Of a DNA stretch of 20,136 nt, positions 17,463 to 20,136 are shown one piece after another (position 1 is the first letter of the stretch; each line of letters opens with the position of its first letter). The notes below the pieces were generated by a model, which was not told the DNA's origin, did no database searches, and saw only the letters and a list, made by a program, of their open reading frames with translations. The stretch is from Candidatus Heimdallarchaeota archaeon (GTDB lineage: Archaea > Asgardarchaeota > Heimdallarchaeia > JABLTI01). Where the stretch lies: positions 1-20,136 of the forward strand of contig JAHLVW010000024.1 of NCBI GenBank assembly GCA_019058275.1, read 5' to 3'. Position numbers and translations under genes: made by a program.

Positions 17463-18458
17463 TTGAAAATTAAAGTTAAGACACCTTCAAGACTTCATTT
17501 TGGTTTGATAGACCTTAATGGTGAACTTGGTCGAATTAATGGTGGTCTAGGTGTTGCTTTAGAGAATCCTGGTTGGGAAATACTTGGATCATCACTTGAT
17601 GAAAGAAACTTCAGTAATGTACCAACAGATACTAAAGAAAAAATTTCTCTGATTATCAATAAATTTGATAGTGTCTTTAAAACTAATTCAAAAGAATTCA
17701 CATTCCAAATAAACAAAATTCTACCTCAGCATAAAGGCTTAGGATCAAGCACACAATTCTCATTAGCTATTGGAACGATTTTAGCTAAAATACATCAAAT
17801 TGAAACCTCTGTCATAGAGATAGCTAATGTCGTTAATAGAGGTGGCACAAGTGGAATTGGGGTAGCTTCATTTGAAGCTGGTGGAATCATATTAGATGGT
17901 GGTCATTCATTTGGACCCGGCAAACAAACAGAATCATTTCTCCCCTCTAGTGTTTCACAAGCTCCTCCACCCCCTATAATTTTCCGTTCATACCCACCAG
18001 AGGAATGGCGTTTTGTTTTATTTTTACCAAAAGACTATCAAGGGGTATCTGGTAAAAGCGAGGTGGATTTTTTCCAATCCAAATGTCCTATACCATCACA
18101 AGAGGTTGAGAAACTCTCGAGATTAATTCTAGTGAAAATATTGCCCGCAATTATGGAAAAGGACATTCAAACTTTCGGTGAAGGTATAACCGAAATGCAA
18201 ACACAGTTTACTAAATTTGGGATGAACAACTATGATCAAGGTTTAATTCATGAATTGTTAAATGAATTAAGAAATCAATCTGAGGTTTTTGGTTCAGGTA
18301 TTAGTTCATTTGGTCCCACAGTTTATGCTTTAACAGATTCAGAGGTAAAAAGTAATGCGATTATGAATGACATATCTGAAATATTCTCTGCTGATAAGTT
18401 TGAGTTCATGATCTCATCAAAAATAAATAGAACAGGGGCAAAAATTAAAACACTTTAA
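17463..18458 (+). CDS. Beta-ribofuranosylaminobenzene 5'-phosphate (beta-RFAP) synthase family protein, GHMP-kinase fold
   Basis: KTPSRLHFGLIDLNGELGR.NGGLG, PQHKGLGSSTQ, RGGTSGIGVASFEAGGIILDGGH, GISSFGPT. TTG 17463 with GGTG SD is preferred over ATG 17433. Confidence 0.9.
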   Translation: MKIKVKTPSRLHFGLIDLNGELGRINGGLGVALENPGWEILGSSLDERNFSNVPTDTKEKISLIINKFDSVFKTNSKEFTFQINKILPQHKGLGSSTQFSLAIGTILAKIHQIETSVIEIANVVNRGGTSGIGVASFEAGGIILDGGHSFGPGKQTESFLPSSVSQAPPPPIIFRSYPPEEWRFVLFLPKDYQGVSGKSEVDFFQSKCPIPSQEVEKLSRLILVKILPAIMEKDIQTFGEGITEMQTQFTKFGMNNYDQGLIHELLNELRNQSEVFGSGISSFGPTVYALTDSEVKSNAIMNDISEIFSADKFEFMISSKINRTGAKIKTL

Positions 18459-18461
18459 TAT

Positions 18462-18500
18462 TCCAAAAAATAAAATAAGAAACTGGCTAGTAAACCAGTT
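18462..18500 (-). terminator. Hairpin + T-tract between convergent genes
   Basis: AACTGG-ctagtaaa-CCAGTT (18481-18500); the minus strand continues TCTTATTTTATTTTTT. Confidence 0.45.
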
Positions 18501-18520
18501 GTAAATGTATTTTGATTGCC

Positions 18521-18970
18521 TTATGTCATACCAAGCTTGCTTTTGGATATTTTTTCAACTGCTCCACCAATCTTTGGTGCAAGTTGTTCAAAGAAATATT
18601 GATAACCAAAAACCACTGCTCCTAATTCAGATTTGAACGTAACAAGATCAGAATCCATAGGAAGATCATTTTCACTGTATATATTTCCCTCTGGATCAAT
18701 TGAGTAGGTCACTTCATTTAGATTGAAATTAGCTAATAATAAATTGGCATGAATTACACTTACTAATTCTTGGGGGATTTCATTTGCAGTCATAATTTGG
18801 CAGAATAATTGCATCCATTCAGGAGCAACAACAATTCTTACATTGAATGTTTTATCATCTATTTTGTATGGAAGCATTATTTCAGTTCCACTTTGAGAAA
18901 CGAAATAATTCAGATTTAATTCATCTAACCATCCTTTGACTTTTTCAACAGTTTCAAGAACATCAGGCAT
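18521..18970 (-). CDS. YbjN / type III secretion chaperone (CesT-like) fold protein
   Basis: 149 aa, acidic, with a helix-beta3-helix-beta2-helix pattern including LLLANFNL...YSIDPEGNI. AGGAG SD. Family judged by pattern only. Confidence 0.65.
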   Translation of the reverse strand: MPDVLETVEKVKGWLDELNLNYFVSQSGTEIMLPYKIDDKTFNVRIVVAPEWMQLFCQIMTANEIPQELVSVIHANLLLANFNLNEVTYSIDPEGNIYSENDLPMDSDLVTFKSELGAVVFGYQYFFEQLAPKIGGAVEKISKSKLGMT

Positions 18971-19214
18971 TGTTAACTACTAACTCCTAATTACTTTATA
19001 GAAGTTTTAACTACTATCACAAAAAAACTTTTCCAAACTAGTAAATTACGTAACAATGTTTTTTGTCGAAAAGTATTAAATTGAGTAAGTTTATTTTAAG
19101 TCGGAGTTGCGTATAATGCTTTACTCATTAAGTGTATAAACCATGTACTTTTTAAGTAGGGTAGATACCAGCGTATCGAAGAATATATTGCATGAAAGGA
19201 GTTTAAGTTTAATA

Positions 19215-19382
19215 ATGAAAGACGGTTCCATTAAAGTCTCAGAGAAGTGTCCTTTGTGTGGGGGGAAAACCGTAAAAATCGTGTACCACACGGAAGCAGG
19301 GATTGTACTACTATCTGAATACAATTGTAAAGTGTGCGGTACCTACGTAAGAATGAATTTTCTTGTTGCAGATGAAAAATAA
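19215..19382 (+). CDS. Small zinc-ribbon protein (about 55 aa)
   Basis: Two CxxC knuckles, CPLCGG and CKVCG. AAGGAG lies upstream of ATG 19215; an alternative start is ATG 19143. BRE/TATA-like CGAAAAGTATTAAAT at about 19067-19081. Confidence 0.65.
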   Translation: MKDGSIKVSEKCPLCGGKTVKIVYHTEAGIVLLSEYNCKVCGTYVRMNFLVADEK

Positions 19383-19550
19383 GTAATCTACAATATAATC
19401 AGCCAAATGCTGCAAATTGTTAGTAATGTTACAAAAACCAACAGCAAATAGCTCTCAATATCGCTACCATTTCACCAAAGATATAACCTAGACCCATTTA
19501 AGTCATAGTCTTTAATCTATCATCTAATACTTACTGAATATAGTTTTCAA

Positions 19551-20063
19551 TTATTCCTCATCAATAAGCATTTCTTTGTGTTGAGCTAATTCATTAAAAG
19601 TTTCTTCTAGTGCTTGTGATATTACTCGAGTATTTGCTAATATTGGCATGAAATTTGTATCATTGCTCCATCTAGGAACAACATGGATATGAATATGGCT
19701 TAGCAATCCTGCTCCTGAAACCTTTCCCAAATTAATACCAATATTAAATCCTTGAGGGCTAATTGCCTTTTTTAGAAGTTCAACTGATTTTGTTGTTAAT
19801 TTCCACATTTCGGTACTTACATTATCTGAGATTTCGTTAAGTTCAGAAGTATGCAAATAAGGGGTAACCAATAAATGTCCTGTAATGTAAGGGTACAAAT
19901 TTAACATTACTAATACATTTTTCCCGCGATATAATAATAGGTTCTTGCTGTCATTTTCAGAAGGTTCTTCAATAATTTTACATATAAAACACTCGTCATC
20001 TTTATTTGGTTGCTTAATATATTCAATACGCCAAGGTGCCCATATTTTTTTCACAGTAAACAA
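19551..20063 (-). CDS. HIT-family nucleotide hydrolase/transferase (FHIT / Ap4A phosphorylase-like)
   Basis: IWAPWRIEYI, CFIC, NLYPY.TGHLL, GFNIGINLG and the histidine triad HIHIHVVPRW. The start may be GTG 20054. Confidence 0.93.
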   Translation of the reverse strand: MFTVKKIWAPWRIEYIKQPNKDDECFICKIIEEPSENDSKNLLLYRGKNVLVMLNLYPYITGHLLVTPYLHTSELNEISDNVSTEMWKLTTKSVELLKKAISPQGFNIGINLGKVSGAGLLSHIHIHVVPRWSNDTNFMPILANTRVISQALEETFNELAQHKEMLIDEE

Positions 20064-20136
20064 CTCTCAAGCTCATTATTAATAACATTGTATGGTTAGA
20101 TTTTCTATAAATTCTTTTTTACTATATTAGAAAACA

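Noticed and set aside
277-17716. Short ORF-track entries overlapping long genes (277-492, 1118-1336, 2490-2735, 2770-2964, 3959-4177, 4661-4870, 5025-5258, 5334-5774, 8908-9156, 10434-10664, 10803-11183, 13179-13478, 13285-13548, 13659-13883, 14452-14634, 14658-14858, 15886-16098, 16188-16448, 17495-17716)
   Set aside because: They are antisense or alternate-frame shadows of well-supported genes and contain no recognisable motifs.
19121-19324. 67-aa minus-strand ORF
   Set aside because: It is antisense to the Zn-ribbon ORF, which has two CxxC knuckles, an SD and a promoter-like element.
19388-19497. Minus-strand hydrophobic stretch (ESYLLLVFVTLLTICSIWLIIL*) and a 22-aa ATG ORF downstream of the HIT gene
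   Set aside because: The two are in different frames, the hydrophobic frame has an upstream TGA and no good start, and T-rich DNA readily yields hydrophobic translations. It could be a gene relic but cannot be supported.
1-20136. Genome-wide reassignment of TAG to a sense codon
   Set aside because: None of the long conserved ORFs contains an internal TAG, and TAG closes dppC exactly at the family's normal C-terminus (DPRLKE*). Only one gene shows in-frame ambers.
1-20136. Mobile element, provirus or defence island
   Set aside because: No integrase, transposase, terminal repeats or nuclease motifs were recognised, and the content is housekeeping and transport genes.

Overview
AT-rich archaeal chromosomal window, most likely from an Asgard archaeon. 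This is inferred from an archaeal TBP, GGTGA/GGAG Shine-Dalgarno sites and BRE/TATA promoters, a beta-RFAP synthase and a two-domain gelsolin. Gene content in order: a dispersed peptide ABC system (partial dppC, converging oppF/oppD, and a distant family-5 binding protein), a LolD/MacB-type ATPase plus a double-FtsX permease, a TM2-domain membrane protein, a small membrane protein, ileS divergent from tbp, gelsolin, an amber-interrupted surface protein, beta-RFAP synthase, a YbjN-like protein, a small Zn-ribbon protein and a HIT hydrolase. No mobile element, CRISPR, tRNA or rRNA was recognised. Most notable signals: (1) five TATA boxes, three of them exact 14-bp-period repeats, directly upstream of the TBP gene (candidate TBP autoregulation); (2) an ileS leader with a duplicated RBS/start cassette, an Ile-Ile uORF and competing pairings (candidate archaeal attenuator), in front of an IleRS with non-canonical GLHH and AMHRS motifs; (3) a circularly permuted, C-terminally anchored family-5 binding protein; (4) a surface-protein gene whose membrane anchor lies behind in-frame TAG codons. 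All family assignments come from motif recognition by eye, not database searches.
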